Shown piece by piece: positions 27,901-38,065 of a stretch of DNA of 64,000 nucleotides (positions are counted from its first letter, which is position 1; each line of letters opens with the position of its first letter). The position numbers and the translations under genes are program-made. The DNA is from Pontiella sp. GTDB taxonomy: Bacteria; Verrucomicrobiota; Kiritimatiellia; Kiritimatiellales; Pontiellaceae. The stretch spans positions 135,031 through 199,030 of the forward strand of contig JBNKHE010000009.1 of assembly GCA_050290185.1 (NCBI GenBank), in the 5' to 3' direction. The notes below the pieces were generated by a model, which was given only the letters and a program-made list of their open reading frames with translations, searched no databases and was not told the origin of the DNA.

Positions 27901-28457
27901 TCGATCATTTGAACTGCTCCTACAACGATCTTAGTGCCCTCGATGTGTCCGGCTGCACCAACGTGACCGCATTGTACTGCAATGACAATAACCTGACCGC
28001 CCTTGATGTGTCCGGGTTCGACCATATCACCACGCTCTACTGCAATAACAACGACCTGACCTCTCTGGGCGTCTCATATTGTAAGGACATACGGTATGTG
28101 TACTGCGGCAGCAACAACCTCACGAGCCTTGACATGCGCTGGGACTGGGACCTGAGTGTGCTTTCCTGTTACGCCAACAACTTGACTTCGATCAATCTGA
28201 CGGACAATGGGCGGCTTGGATGGCTGTATTGCGAGAGGAACAACCTGACCTCTCTTAATTTGCGTTACAACATCAAGCTACAGTTTCTGAACTGCTCCGA
28301 GAATGCATTGACCGGAAGCCTTGATCTTTCCAAAAATATAAAGCTGACCTATGTCAACGCCACAAGCAACAGCTTGTACGAGATCATTGTTGCCGATACC
28401 AACAGCCTGCCGGCCACATTTCTCTATGACTCAGGCGTAATAATCAGAGAGCCATAA
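24984..28457 (+). CDS. Secreted Gly-rich/passenger-repeat protein with choice-of-anchor D-like Ig domain and C-terminal leucine-rich repeats
   Basis: Signal peptide; VNNAGDNGSGSLRQAI; Gly-rich region; KTGEGTMVLTGTNPYEGGTTIDGGVL passenger repeat; LHIASNDSDENPF; LxCxxNxLxxLD repeats. Confidence 0.85.
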   Translation: MKTLPVLLISLALLSSATASTFTVNNAGDNGSGSLRQAIEDLNAAGGNGHTITFDSSLAGQTITWSTNPPIIQAGVIIDGSNATNLTISGGGSNRVFFIDLPNSNDAVTIQDLTIADGAATGGAGGEGDRYYGAGGGGGLGAGGGLFVNKGDVTATRVVFSDNQAVGGSGGSSVLSNKKGGGSGGGLVGNGGDAGVTGGGGGGGLANPGSNGGNPAGGDGSDGALGGSGSGVAGADATVGGGGGGGSGASGGDGADFGGGGGAGSNSSDPGSGGFGGGGGGAGEKKGNYSSGGFGGGGGGAGGGMPSFSSPGGSGGAYGGDGGYHESDFNSTGAGGGAALGGAIFVRSSNGGSLVLVDCSESGSAVTGGVGGISHGEPKRNGQAGQAVASGMFLLGSDAAFEVSSGQTNTFAGDIVDSAYNEDGSAAETRYGVVKTGEGTMVLTGTNPYEGGTTIDGGVLSVTDESALGSGGITISSGGALEVTGSSASIAQDVVNEGSVFVTGTNQLTFKGAVSGSGNYPGDGQVDFENYFSPGGDADSATIDFGGDVTFDSSSVLRFFIGGDQTGQYDSVSVEGDLQLGGYLFALPLGAFKAAPGDAFVLCNVGGTLSGTFSGVILPADSQAWYTDYDTMGGRVIVGVEPRLPEIAVEQPAGTDIVDGGAKDFGTVQTGNVERLTFTIRNTGVGDLTGLDITIDGADASSFSVTTAPMTSVARSGSTTFVVEFAPESFGIKTAALHIASNDSDENPFEIALSGLGALPSYDNAPIDFHVASVIGTNVSLEWNPGSSFYIIERSTNLIDGTWAYVSDVLLTNAIALTNEAPHVFYRISQVLPLVFSDPQLEAAVWSGISSKYAPSTWLFDVDVEGVEVLDVSSRSVSNMTGVSSLHDLTGLFCGGNSFPSLELTDQPDLQNLLCQNGTMTELTLSGCPGLSVLHCENNTLSELDLTACTNLSWVSCENNSLTNLDLTTHQALDHLNCSYNDLSALDVSGCTNVTALYCNDNNLTALDVSGFDHITTLYCNNNDLTSLGVSYCKDIRYVYCGSNNLTSLDMRWDWDLSVLSCYANNLTSINLTDNGRLGWLYCERNNLTSLNLRYNIKLQFLNCSENALTGSLDLSKNIKLTYVNATSNSLYEIIVADTNSLPATFLYDSGVIIREP

Positions 28458-28471
28458 AAGGGCGTTGTTAG

Positions 28472-31400
28472 ATGAAAAAATATACTCTGAGATTGTTATC
28501 AAGTTGTAGTTTGATACTCACACCTCGCCTTACGTGCTGGATCGGCTTCGTCAGTCTTCTCTCGTGCCTGTCGACGTACGCTCAGGGGACCAATTCCTGG
28601 TTTAATTCCAGCTATTCATTTGAGAGTTCCATTGAAGACGCTTCAGGAAGCTGGCAGCCGACACTCGGGGGAACACAGGCCTATGTTGCAGCGAACAATA
28701 GCCAGGCGCTGGACATGGTCGGGCAGACCTATCTCGAATTTCCCATCGAGATGAGCCAGGCGATCGATACAAATGAATCATTTTACCTGAGCGTCGATTT
28801 CATGCTTCCGCCGGAGGACGGCATTGACGAGAGCTATCGGTTTATCGCGTGTAACAAAAGCTGGGCTTATGATGAACCCGGTTTTCGCATTGTCGCCTAC
28901 AACGAAAAGACAGGGAATAAACAGCAGGATACGGTTTACATCGTTTTTAGCGTTGGCATTGGAGATGGCGAGATTTTAAAGCGCTTCGATGATGTCAAAA
29001 TGGGCGAGTGGCAGAATGCCTCTATCCACGTTGACTTTACCGCTCAAACCGTCGTTTTTTCACTCTCCGGTCGAACGGTTGAACAGCCACTCACTGAATA
29101 TTCGTGGGGTGGCCCCGCCGATCCGAGTCGGTTTATTCAGGCGATGAATGAAAATGTGATCCGCATCGGTGTTCCCGGACCCGGATATTTTGGAGAGGTA
29201 CCTTGGGTTAACTGGCATCTGGTTGATAATGGCGATAATACAACCCTTCATCCCGCCCGGATACAAATTGACAACCTCCAAATCAGCGCTCCCCGTCCTC
29301 CAGGCGATCCTCTTAACGTCATTGACGCCCTGGAACGGTTTACCGCGCATCTACAGGGAACCAATATACTGGATGACGCAACGGCCGAGACGCTGCTGGA
29401 TCAATTGCGTAGCAACATCATTGGCGTTGAGCTCGCCGACATCCAGCCGGCCGCCCGTACGTTCCTGGACGAACACGGCGCCCGGATCGGTTCCCTCTAT
29501 ACGGCAGATGGAAATGTCAGCCGTTATATTGACTTTTCATCGGTATCCCAAGCCTACGTCGACCTCGGGGTGTGGATTCTGGAAGCGGGTTTAAACGCCG
29601 ACAACGCCCACCTGCTGGAAGGCCTCACCCTGGTCGAGCATGAACTTTTCCCGGGTGAACTTTCACCGGGAGCTGAACGAGTCACGAATGGAGTTGCGAA
29701 TATCCGCGCCCAATATGTGCCCGACCCTTGGTATCGCATGGGCGGGATGCAGATCAATCCGAACAACGAATTGTCCTCAACCCTCTACCGGCCAACGGGT
29801 TTTTACGCGCCGGCCGGAGAGCTGGTCACCGTAACGGTGGATCCTGCTCTCGTCGATTCAGGTTTGTACATCCGGGTGGGAGCCCACAAGGAAAACCACA
29901 TTCTGCTCTCCCAAACAGGCCGTTTCCCGCTCATCAGCAAGGATTACCGGATTGAATCGACCAGCTTTCAGGTCATCAATCCGTTTGGGGGAAGTATCCA
30001 GGTGCTGGTTCCGGAAGGAACCGACCTCGGCTGGGTCGACATCCGGTTTGATGGTGCGGTTCGGGAGCCTTATTACTCGGCGCGCGCAGGTCGTGAAACA
30101 ACGTTGGCGGAATGGGACACGATTCGTCAATACCCCGGACTTTTTGCCAACCTGGAATCCGACAAATACGTGATCACCGTGCGTGCGTCGGCACTGCGGA
30201 ACTTCGACCAGCCCGATATCCTCATGCAGAAATGGGATCAAATCATGGATATAGAACAAGTGATCCACGGGCGCCCGCTGGAACGATCGCGAGCCGAAGG
30301 ATTTTTGGCCGATATATCAACCGCAGTCGTGGGCTCCGCCCCCGGAGGCTATCCCGTGACTCCGGGGCTTTTCGCCGAAGGCCCCACCGACATCACCGAT
30401 GGATACTATTCGCCTTTTGCGGTTTTGGATGTAAACCGCCTCACTGTACGTAACGATTTTAACGTGATGCTGCATGAAATGTCCCACTACCATCTGGGTC
30501 GATATATTGAAGTCGGCGGACAGGAATCGTTTGTCAATCTCCCCATGGCTGCCGTGCTCAATATAATGTATGGCTTCAGCTTCGACGATGCGCTCAAATA
30601 CTCGCTCAAACAGCATCTTACCCGTACCGATGCGGCCATCGACTGGATGGTCACCTACAACTTCCGGCATAGAAACCCCATCGGTCGGGACCCCTCTTCT
30701 ATCCTCGAAACCGCCTATCAGGCCAGGGGCCACGCCAAATATGTCGATCTCGCCGACCTCGGGGGTGGATGGGAGGCCGTTGGCGATGTTTACAAAGTGT
30801 TCTATGACGAGGACAAAGCCAGCGGCATTCCGGCAACGTATACTCATCAAATCGGCGTTTCACACGATGAGATTCTGCTCAAAGGCTCGCAGGGACTGGG
30901 TTATAACCTGGCGTCTCTCTTTCACTTCTGGGGCATCCATCCCTCGGAAGCAGTCGCCACCCAACTCGCCGCGTATCCGAACCTGCCCGGGGCATCGGAC
31001 CGGATCCTGCATTATCTCGAAGCCGCTCCCCGAACCAATGAGGAACTCCGTCAGTTCCATGCCGAGAAAACCAGGGATGACCTGAATCAGCTAAAATCCG
31101 CGGTGTATGAACCATTGATGGAGGTGTTCGACGAGAGCTACGGACAACAGATCCGCGATCAGGGCGCGTATATTTTAACTAAATACTTCGGCATCACACC
31201 CGATGCTCCGCCCACAACTCCCCAGCCAACCACGGTTGCCTTTGACCTGAACACCAACACCAATTCAGTAGTCACCTTTTCATGGACGCCGTCCGTCGAT
31301 CCCGAGGAGCGGGAACTGAACTATTCCTGGAAACTCTATGACCCGGACACAAGCGAAGTCCTGCTTTCCAGGTCTTGGGTAAGCGCCACCCATATTGATT

Positions 31401-31846
31401 TCACCGTGGGCGAGTTGACCGCGGCGCTCGGCGACCGCATGGAAACCAATACCCTGTCGCGGCTCGCCCAGCGAGTGACGACATCCGATCCTTATACGAT
31501 TGTCAGCAGCGATGAACTCGTATCGGGATTTTATAACGGCCAGGCCTCACTCCCCGGCAACGACACAGATGGTGACGGTTCTTCTGATGCGGACGAGCTA
31601 TTTGTCGGCAGTGACTATCTTGACAGCTCGTCTTTTCCCAGGGTCTTTGTCCAGCCAAGTGGAACAAATGGTTTTCTGTTCAGTTGGCCGGTCTTTAGGA
31701 CAGGCCTGCAATACGAACTGCTTGGAACCACCAATCTGGTGACCGGCCCATGGTCGAGTCTCGGCATCACCGCCTCCAGCAATATCCTGTACTCCACCAC
31801 CAATGCCGCCATGTTCTATCGAATCGATGCGACCGAAGGCCATTGA
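28472..31846 (+). CDS. Secreted M60-like (mucinase-type) zinc metallopeptidase with N-terminal lectin-like domain
   Basis: PTGFYAPAGELVTV, NPFGGSI, GGYP, LHEMSH...QESFVN (HExxH..E); C-terminal DTDGDG...TTNLVTGPW...FYRI module. Confidence 0.85.
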   Translation: MKKYTLRLLSSCSLILTPRLTCWIGFVSLLSCLSTYAQGTNSWFNSSYSFESSIEDASGSWQPTLGGTQAYVAANNSQALDMVGQTYLEFPIEMSQAIDTNESFYLSVDFMLPPEDGIDESYRFIACNKSWAYDEPGFRIVAYNEKTGNKQQDTVYIVFSVGIGDGEILKRFDDVKMGEWQNASIHVDFTAQTVVFSLSGRTVEQPLTEYSWGGPADPSRFIQAMNENVIRIGVPGPGYFGEVPWVNWHLVDNGDNTTLHPARIQIDNLQISAPRPPGDPLNVIDALERFTAHLQGTNILDDATAETLLDQLRSNIIGVELADIQPAARTFLDEHGARIGSLYTADGNVSRYIDFSSVSQAYVDLGVWILEAGLNADNAHLLEGLTLVEHELFPGELSPGAERVTNGVANIRAQYVPDPWYRMGGMQINPNNELSSTLYRPTGFYAPAGELVTVTVDPALVDSGLYIRVGAHKENHILLSQTGRFPLISKDYRIESTSFQVINPFGGSIQVLVPEGTDLGWVDIRFDGAVREPYYSARAGRETTLAEWDTIRQYPGLFANLESDKYVITVRASALRNFDQPDILMQKWDQIMDIEQVIHGRPLERSRAEGFLADISTAVVGSAPGGYPVTPGLFAEGPTDITDGYYSPFAVLDVNRLTVRNDFNVMLHEMSHYHLGRYIEVGGQESFVNLPMAAVLNIMYGFSFDDALKYSLKQHLTRTDAAIDWMVTYNFRHRNPIGRDPSSILETAYQARGHAKYVDLADLGGGWEAVGDVYKVFYDEDKASGIPATYTHQIGVSHDEILLKGSQGLGYNLASLFHFWGIHPSEAVATQLAAYPNLPGASDRILHYLEAAPRTNEELRQFHAEKTRDDLNQLKSAVYEPLMEVFDESYGQQIRDQGAYILTKYFGITPDAPPTTPQPTTVAFDLNTNTNSVVTFSWTPSVDPEERELNYSWKLYDPDTSEVLLSRSWVSATHIDFTVGELTAALGDRMETNTLSRLAQRVTTSDPYTIVSSDELVSGFYNGQASLPGNDTDGDGSSDADELFVGSDYLDSSSFPRVFVQPSGTNGFLFSWPVFRTGLQYELLGTTNLVTGPWSSLGITASSNILYSTTNAAMFYRIDATEGH

Positions 31847-31918
31847 GGCCGGTTCCACACTTGAAATACGGGTTCTTCATAAATTTTCATGGTCGCGGAG
31901 CTGCTGCTTATTCTTTTT

Positions 31919-32333
31919 GACGGGATGAACAGGATTTTCAGGATAGGGATGAATAGAATCCAGGTCATCCAGTGAATCCTGTCTAAAAATCGACGGCATG
32001 GTCTCGGTCACCATAAAAATCTCTGCGTCCTCAGCGCCTCTGCGAGGAATAAAAAGGGCGCTGGGGAAACGTACCGCAGGCGTCTCGCCTGCCCCGTCGT
32101 ACGGAAATTAGAGGAAAAACCTTAACCTAGTACCATTCATATGGTGCCTGTAAATCTCTGCGACCTCAGCGCCTCTGCGAGGAATCTCTCCCGGAACGGT
32201 TGCACCGCGTGCGGCGCAGGAAACGGGGCTTTTGATCCAGAACCCATTGGGCTTCCTGATAAGTTTTTACCACCCGCTGCGCTTGAGTTCACGGAGGGAA
32301 TTCCTCGGTGTGCCTCAGTGTCCTCTGTGGTGA
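31919..32333. repeat. Cluster of palindromic/REP-like elements preceding the defence island
   Basis: CAGGAT-unit palindrome 31919-31983; CTCTGCG half-elements 32021-32047 and 32156-32182; GTACCGCAGGCGTCTCGCCTGC at 32071; CTCGGTG/CTCAGTG/CTCTGTGGTGA at 32304-32333. Confidence 0.7.
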
Positions 32334-32426
32334 ATATTTGGTTGCGCTCCGAAGCCTCGCGAGCGCCCTCGACTGATTCGGGGCGGTTGTGCCGCGCTGG
32401 GTATGAAGACGGACAAGTAGAACGGC

Positions 32427-32536
32427 ATTAAACGGAGGAGTCTTTTAGCCACACCATTGAGACGAACAGGATATATTGCGCACAAAAATCCCAAGAAAAA
32501 GGGGGCCATTGTTAAAGTATCGGACCGATCCTTTTG
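32427..32536 (+). repeat. ~110 bp dispersed repeat, copy 1
   Basis: Same-orientation, closely matching copy at 62828-62937. Confidence 0.85.
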
Positions 32537-32641
32537 TTGAGCAGGACGGGGAATTTTAGCGGGACATAAGGTAATGATTAACCATTCCTTTGCTCAGAAT
32601 TGCCTTTCCTGATAGAGCATTTTATTTAGAATCCCGAAACT

Positions 32642-34795
32642 ATGAGTGATTCTAATTTTCAGTCCCTATCTAACTTTATCTGGTCTGTTGCGGACCTTCT
32701 TCGAGGTCCATATCGTCCGCCCCAGTATGAGCGGGTAATGCTCCCCATGACAGTGCTTCGGCGCTTTGACTGCGTATTGGAGCAAACCAAGGACAAGGTG
32801 CTGGCAAAGCATGCGCAGCTGGAAGCCAGTGGCAAGGTCAAAAATCCTGACGCCACGCTTAACAAGATCGCCAAGGATTCGGAAGGCCGTGAACTTGGCT
32901 TTCACAATCACAGCTCGCTCGATTTCCAGAAGCTTAAGGGCGATCCCGACAATATAGGCCGTCACCTGCAGGACTATATCAACGGCTTCTCTCAGAATAT
33001 CCGCGACATCTTCGAGAAATTTGAGTTCGACAAGGAAATCGAGAAGATGGAGGAGTCGAACCGCCTCTATCTGGTGGTATCCAAGTTTGCTGAGATGGAC
33101 CTGCATCCGGATCGCGTGGACAACATCAAAATGGGATTGGTCTTCGAGGATCTCATTCGGCGCTTTAATGAATCCGCCAACGAAACGGCCGGGGATCACT
33201 TTACCCCGCGCGAGGTCATTCGACTAATGGTCAATCTGCTGATGGAACCCGATGACGATCTCCTCACCAACGGTAGCCCGATTGTGACGATCTGCGACCC
33301 GGCCTGCGGAACCGGCGGGATGCTTGCCGAAGCGCAGAATTGGATTCGCCAACACAACGACAACGCCATCGTGAAAGTGTTCGGGCAGGATTACAATCCG
33401 CGCTCGTATGCCGTTGCTGCCTCCGACCTGCTCATCAAGGGGCACAAGGACAGCCGCGTTGAAATGGGAAACACCCTGACGGAGCCTCCCTTCGAGGATA
33501 TTGACGGCTTCGACTATCTGCTCGCCAACCCGCCCTTCGGCGTCGATTGGAAGGCCGAACAGAAGGAGATCAAAAAATGGAAGGACTTTAACGGCTACGA
33601 AGGCAAACTTCCGCGCGTGAACGACGGCGCGCTACTTTTCCTGCTCTACATGCTTTCCAAGCGGCAGGATTTTCGTCCGTCGCCTGATCCGCAAAAGAAT
33701 AAGCGCGGAACCCGCATCGCCATTGTGTTCAATGGTTCGCCGCTGTTCACCGGCGGAGCAGGCTCCGGCGAAAGCGATATCCGCCGTTGGGTGATTGAGA
33801 ATGACTGGCTCGAAGCCATCGTCGCCCTGCCGGAACAGATGTTCTACAACACCGGAATCGGCACCTTTATCTGGATCGTCACCAACCGGAAATCGAAGCA
33901 GCGCAAAGGCAAAATTCAACTGATCGACAGCCGCGACCGCTGGAAGCCGATGAAGCGCAGTCTCGGAGACAAACGACGCTACCTCGATATCGATACCATT
34001 GACACGCTTACGCGCGAGCATGGCGAATTTGAGAAAAACGCCACCAGCAAGCTCTTTGACAACATAGATTTCGGCTATCGTCGTATCACTGTTGATCGAC
34101 CCTTACGCCTACGCTTCCAGATCAATGATGAGGCCAAGGAAAATTTCCTGAATGCCTGTCCCGAGTTGTTTGATGCTGTTGAGACCGTGGAGGAAGAGCT
34201 CGGCACCGAAAACTATTTCAATTGGAATACCACCTGGGTAGACGTGCAACGCATCGTGAAGGAGTGCGAAATCGGATGGGAGTCTGGAGCCAAGGGAACC
34301 AAACAAAAGAAACTCTTCCGCGATTGCTTCACTCAAACCGATCCCAAGGCCGAACCGGTCATCGCCAAGCGCGGCAGTTTCCTAGGAATTGTCGGTGAGA
34401 AAAACTTCCCCGGACAAACCCTCCCGGACGACCTCAGCCCGCAGGAGCTGGGTCAAATTTTCGGCGTATTTCCAGAAACCAAGGGAAAAAAAGGCAAGGC
34501 CGTTCAATTCGAGGCCGATCCCAAACTGCGGGACAACGAAAATATCCCGCTCAAGGAAGACATCATTTCCTTCTTCCTCCGCGAAGTGCGCCCCTACGTC
34601 GCCGACGCCTGGATCAGCTCCGACACAAAGCTGCGGGACGAGAAAGACGGCGGCATCGGCAAGGTCGGCTATGAGATCAACTTCAATCGCGAATTCTTTA
34701 GCTACCAGGGGCCTCGCAGTCTGAAGGAAATCGACAAGGAGTTGGCTGCAGTCGAAAGCCGCATTCTTGAAATGCTCAAAGAGGTGACGGAGTGA
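32642..34795 (+). CDS. hsdM: Type I R-M methyltransferase subunit (N6-adenine)
   Basis: FIWSVADLLRG, HFTPREVI, DPACGTGG (motif I), NPPF (motif IV), FYNTGI, GYEINFNR. Confidence 0.96.
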   Translation: MSDSNFQSLSNFIWSVADLLRGPYRPPQYERVMLPMTVLRRFDCVLEQTKDKVLAKHAQLEASGKVKNPDATLNKIAKDSEGRELGFHNHSSLDFQKLKGDPDNIGRHLQDYINGFSQNIRDIFEKFEFDKEIEKMEESNRLYLVVSKFAEMDLHPDRVDNIKMGLVFEDLIRRFNESANETAGDHFTPREVIRLMVNLLMEPDDDLLTNGSPIVTICDPACGTGGMLAEAQNWIRQHNDNAIVKVFGQDYNPRSYAVAASDLLIKGHKDSRVEMGNTLTEPPFEDIDGFDYLLANPPFGVDWKAEQKEIKKWKDFNGYEGKLPRVNDGALLFLLYMLSKRQDFRPSPDPQKNKRGTRIAIVFNGSPLFTGGAGSGESDIRRWVIENDWLEAIVALPEQMFYNTGIGTFIWIVTNRKSKQRKGKIQLIDSRDRWKPMKRSLGDKRRYLDIDTIDTLTREHGEFEKNATSKLFDNIDFGYRRITVDRPLRLRFQINDEAKENFLNACPELFDAVETVEEELGTENYFNWNTTWVDVQRIVKECEIGWESGAKGTKQKKLFRDCFTQTDPKAEPVIAKRGSFLGIVGEKNFPGQTLPDDLSPQELGQIFGVFPETKGKKGKAVQFEADPKLRDNENIPLKEDIISFFLREVRPYVADAWISSDTKLRDEKDGGIGKVGYEINFNREFFSYQGPRSLKEIDKELAAVESRILEMLKEVTE

Positions 34796-36078
34796 GTCTG
34801 TCGGCCAATAGCAATTTTTGGGGGTTGGATACTGATAATATGGATTATGCCCACCTGAAATGGAGGGCAAAGATCTTTAGTGGAGGAACTCCCTCAAGGA
34901 ATATTGAAGAGTTTTGGGTAGGAGGATCGCTTCCTTGGCTTGGTTCTGGAGCCGTGAATCAACGTCTAGTTGTTGAGCCAACGGCCTTCATTACAGAAGA
35001 AGCTGTCTTGAACTCTTCAACGAAGCTCATGCCCTCTGGGGCCCTGATAATTGCCCTCGCAGGGCAAGGAAAAACAAAAGGAATGGTCGCTCAGCTTGGA
35101 ATGGACTGTTACGGAAACCAATCGCTTGCTTGCATTGAGCCTGTTGCAGATTCATCTCGCTTTCTTTATTGGTGGTTGGCTTCAAAATATATTCAGATTC
35201 GTGGATTGGCTAGTAATGAATCACGCGACGGCTTGAATCATGAAATGATTGGAATAATACCCATTCCGATAATTTCCAGTTCAATTCAGAATCAGATTGC
35301 TAGCTATCTCGACCGAGAGACCGCACGAATCGACGAACTGGTCGAAGCGAAAGAGTCCATGCTCCAGTTGCTAGAGCAAAAGCGAGCCGCCCTGATCAGT
35401 CGCGCGGTGACGCGCGGCCTCGATCTAAAAGCCCCTACAAAACCTTCCTGTCTCGATTGGCTTGGAGAGATTCCTAAGCATTGGCGCATAATGCGAGCAA
35501 AGGGATTATTTCACGAGGTCGATAGTCGAACGGAGACTGGTGAAGAAGAGCTTCTCTCTCTCAGAATGCACGTAGGACTGGTTCCTCATCACGATGTTTC
35601 CGATAAGGAGCTGGAACCCAAAGACGTAATCGGGTTCAAAAAGGTTAAAGCCGGTCAGTTAGTAATTAATCGAATGCGCGCTTCCATGGGCTTGATTGCC
35701 ATCGCGCCGAGTGATGGGCTGGTCAGTCCGGATTATGCGGTCTTTGACATTGTTCATGAAATCCACATTCCGTATTTCCTTGCTCTGTTCAATACTGGCT
35801 TGGTCGGAGCGCTCTTCCGGTCCTCCTCCAAAGGATTAGGAAACGGGTCACAAGGATTTCTCCGTCTCTACACGGAAAATTTTCTGGCGATCCATTTCCC
35901 AGTACCGCCAATTGAAGAACAAGAGAGTATAGTGAGATATCTCGACGATGAGCGGACGCAAACAGGTATTCTAGAAGCCGATCTCAAGAAGTCCATTGAG
36001 CTCTTGAAAGAACGCCGTTCGGCCCTGATCACCGCTGCCGTAACTGGAAAAATTCCTTTAGAGGAGATGGTTGTATGA
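34792..36078 (+). CDS. hsdS: Type I R-M specificity subunit
   Basis: Two TRDs separated by conserved QNQIASYLD...LISRAVTRGL and PPIEEQESI...LITAAVTGKI; GTGA overlap with hsdM. Confidence 0.93.
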   Translation: MSLSANSNFWGLDTDNMDYAHLKWRAKIFSGGTPSRNIEEFWVGGSLPWLGSGAVNQRLVVEPTAFITEEAVLNSSTKLMPSGALIIALAGQGKTKGMVAQLGMDCYGNQSLACIEPVADSSRFLYWWLASKYIQIRGLASNESRDGLNHEMIGIIPIPIISSSIQNQIASYLDRETARIDELVEAKESMLQLLEQKRAALISRAVTRGLDLKAPTKPSCLDWLGEIPKHWRIMRAKGLFHEVDSRTETGEEELLSLRMHVGLVPHHDVSDKELEPKDVIGFKKVKAGQLVINRMRASMGLIAIAPSDGLVSPDYAVFDIVHEIHIPYFLALFNTGLVGALFRSSSKGLGNGSQGFLRLYTENFLAIHFPVPPIEEQESIVRYLDDERTQTGILEADLKKSIELLKERRSALITAAVTGKIPLEEMVV

Positions 36079-37427
36079 AATTGAAAAAACTGACCTTCTC
36101 GAATTTTCGCGGATTCCAGCAATTGGATTTGGATCTCTGTGATGACCTGACCGTTATTGCCGGGGTAAATGGAAGCGGGAAATCGGGGGTTCTTAAAGGA
36201 ATCGCGAATTTGGCGTCTTATTTAGCCCCGAATGTATCTCCGGCAAAGATCTCTGCTATTCCTTTTGAGAACAGTGATATTCATGCTGGAAAATCGGCGT
36301 TCACAATCAGTGCAACCTTTTCTGACGATATCATCCGAACCTATGCCCATGTTACACGCTCTGTGCTGGACGCTAAAAAAATCCCCAAAATTCGGAAAGA
36401 GCTAGATGAGCTTAAAACCCAACGGCGCTTTATTGAGAAGGGTTCAAAGGAAGACAGGGAGGCCGAGGACCGGATTCATCAACTGAACGAACTGCTGAAA
36501 GATCCCGAAGATATTTTTTCCATTCAAACAGAGCGGATTAAGACTGGCGTAGAACCCAGTTCAGATGATGCGATGTTTTTGTTTTACCCCACGAACCGGG
36601 CGTTTAAACGTCTCCCTCCGCGGCTCTCCGGTGTTAAGGCGATGTCTCCGGCCGATGCGTATGCCAAGGCTCTTGATAAAGTGGAAATCAGTCTGAATGA
36701 TTTCGCCGTCTGGTTTCGCGTAGTAAAGCAGGGTAAGCTTGGCGGGAAGTCGTTTGGGAAAGTCCTGCTCGCAATGCTGGAAAAAACAGTTCAGGACATG
36801 CTGCCTGGTTTCTCAGGTCTTTTGCTCAAAGAAACCCCGCATCCTCATTTCACAATTAAAAAAGAAAAAATCAGGTTTAGTTTAGAGCAGCTTTCCGATG
36901 GTGAGCGCGCGTTGTTAGCCCTTGCTTTTGACCTGATCCGCCGATTGACCCTTGCGAACCCGGAGAGCAAAAACCCAGCAGAAGAAGGCAAGGCGCTGGT
37001 TATGATCGATGAAATTGAGTTGCACCTTCATCCTACATGGCAGCGACAAGTTCTTCGGCGTCTAATGGCTGCATTCCCACAATGTCAGTTTATAGTGACA
37101 ACGCATTCTCCCCTTGTGCTAGGTGAGGTAGAAGCTAGGTGTGTACGATATTTAGAACAGAACGATGAGACCGGTAAAATCGAAGCATTCACCCCGCCGG
37201 AGTCGTTTGGCCTTGATGCGAATCGTATCTTGGATGAACACATGGGTGGCTCGGAGCGAAATGTAGACCTAGCCGCAGCGCTTAACAACGTGTTCAGCAT
37301 GATCGACGAAGAGCATTTCGCTGATGCTCGGAAGGCCATGGTACCAATCATTAAGCGCCTTGGAGAAAATGATCCTGAAATCACACGGGCTCAATCATTG
37401 ATAAAGTTTCTGGAAAGCAGTGAATGA
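36075..37427 (+). CDS. PtuA-like ABC/AAA_21 ATPase
   Basis: NFRGF, Walker A GVNGSGKS, signature LSDGE, Walker B/D-loop IDEIELHLHPTWQ, H-switch TTHSP; ATGA overlap with hsdS. Confidence 0.88.
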   Translation: MKLKKLTFSNFRGFQQLDLDLCDDLTVIAGVNGSGKSGVLKGIANLASYLAPNVSPAKISAIPFENSDIHAGKSAFTISATFSDDIIRTYAHVTRSVLDAKKIPKIRKELDELKTQRRFIEKGSKEDREAEDRIHQLNELLKDPEDIFSIQTERIKTGVEPSSDDAMFLFYPTNRAFKRLPPRLSGVKAMSPADAYAKALDKVEISLNDFAVWFRVVKQGKLGGKSFGKVLLAMLEKTVQDMLPGFSGLLLKETPHPHFTIKKEKIRFSLEQLSDGERALLALAFDLIRRLTLANPESKNPAEEGKALVMIDEIELHLHPTWQRQVLRRLMAAFPQCQFIVTTHSPLVLGEVEARCVRYLEQNDETGKIEAFTPPESFGLDANRILDEHMGGSERNVDLAAALNNVFSMIDEEHFADARKAMVPIIKRLGENDPEITRAQSLIKFLESSE

Positions 37428-38065
37428 GAAATATCCAGAAACAAACAGAGCCTCGGTCGTTAACTGAGCACAAATGTCAACCGCATGCTGATTACGACAA
37501 CTATGCCGAAAAAGACGATTTACGGCGATCACTTGTAGAAGAGCAGAGGGGAATCTGTTGCTACTGCATGAAACGAATACAGTCTAGTTCCGCCTCCATG
37601 AAAATAGAGCATTGGCGAGCCCAATCAGCTGATAAATATCCAGAACTGCAGCTAGAATACAGCAATTTACTTGGTGCGTGTTGTGGTGGTGAAGGACAGC
37701 GCAAGCAGGATCAGCATTGTGATACACGTAAGGGCAATGATGATCTCAGATACAATCCGGCCGATCCTGCACATGATGTAGAACGTTTATTCTCTTTTCC
37801 CGGATCGGGACGCATCGAGGTTAGAGGGAATGATTCTGCGTTGCAGGCGGAGCTTGATAATGTTCTGAACCTTAATCATTCACTATTAGTTCGGAATCGT
37901 AAAAGTGTGATTGACGCCTTCAAAACTTCTTTGGGAAGGCGCAACATGTCTAAAGCTGACTTCCAGCGAGAGTTAAGGAAGTGGAATGGTTCTGATGGTG
38001 GGGAGCTGGCGCAATACTGTCAGGTTGTGGTTTATTATCTAAAAAAGAAGTTGAAAATCCCATGA
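37424..38065 (+). CDS. PtuB-like HNH endonuclease (TIGR02646-type)
   Basis: LVEEQRGICCYCM, IEH, YSNLLGAC, HCDTRKGN, LNLN..L..NR; ATGA overlaps with both neighbours. Confidence 0.88.
   Translation: MRNIQKQTEPRSLTEHKCQPHADYDNYAEKDDLRRSLVEEQRGICCYCMKRIQSSSASMKIEHWRAQSADKYPELQLEYSNLLGACCGGEGQRKQDQHCDTRKGNDDLRYNPADPAHDVERLFSFPGSGRIEVRGNDSALQAELDNVLNLNHSLLVRNRKSVIDAFKTSLGRRNMSKADFQRELRKWNGSDGGELAQYCQVVVYYLKKKLKIP

Noticed and set aside
32467..32478. CAGGATATATTG, identical to the T-DNA border/IncP nic core
   Set aside because: The second copy differs (CAGGATAAATTG) and no relaxase or T4SS genes are present; probably chance.
34792..36078. Phase-variable hsdS shufflon
   Set aside because: Single hsdS, no silent TRD copies, no invertase and no obvious simple-sequence tract.
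36075..38065. Retron system
   Set aside because: No reverse transcriptase in the window and no intergenic space for msr-msd.
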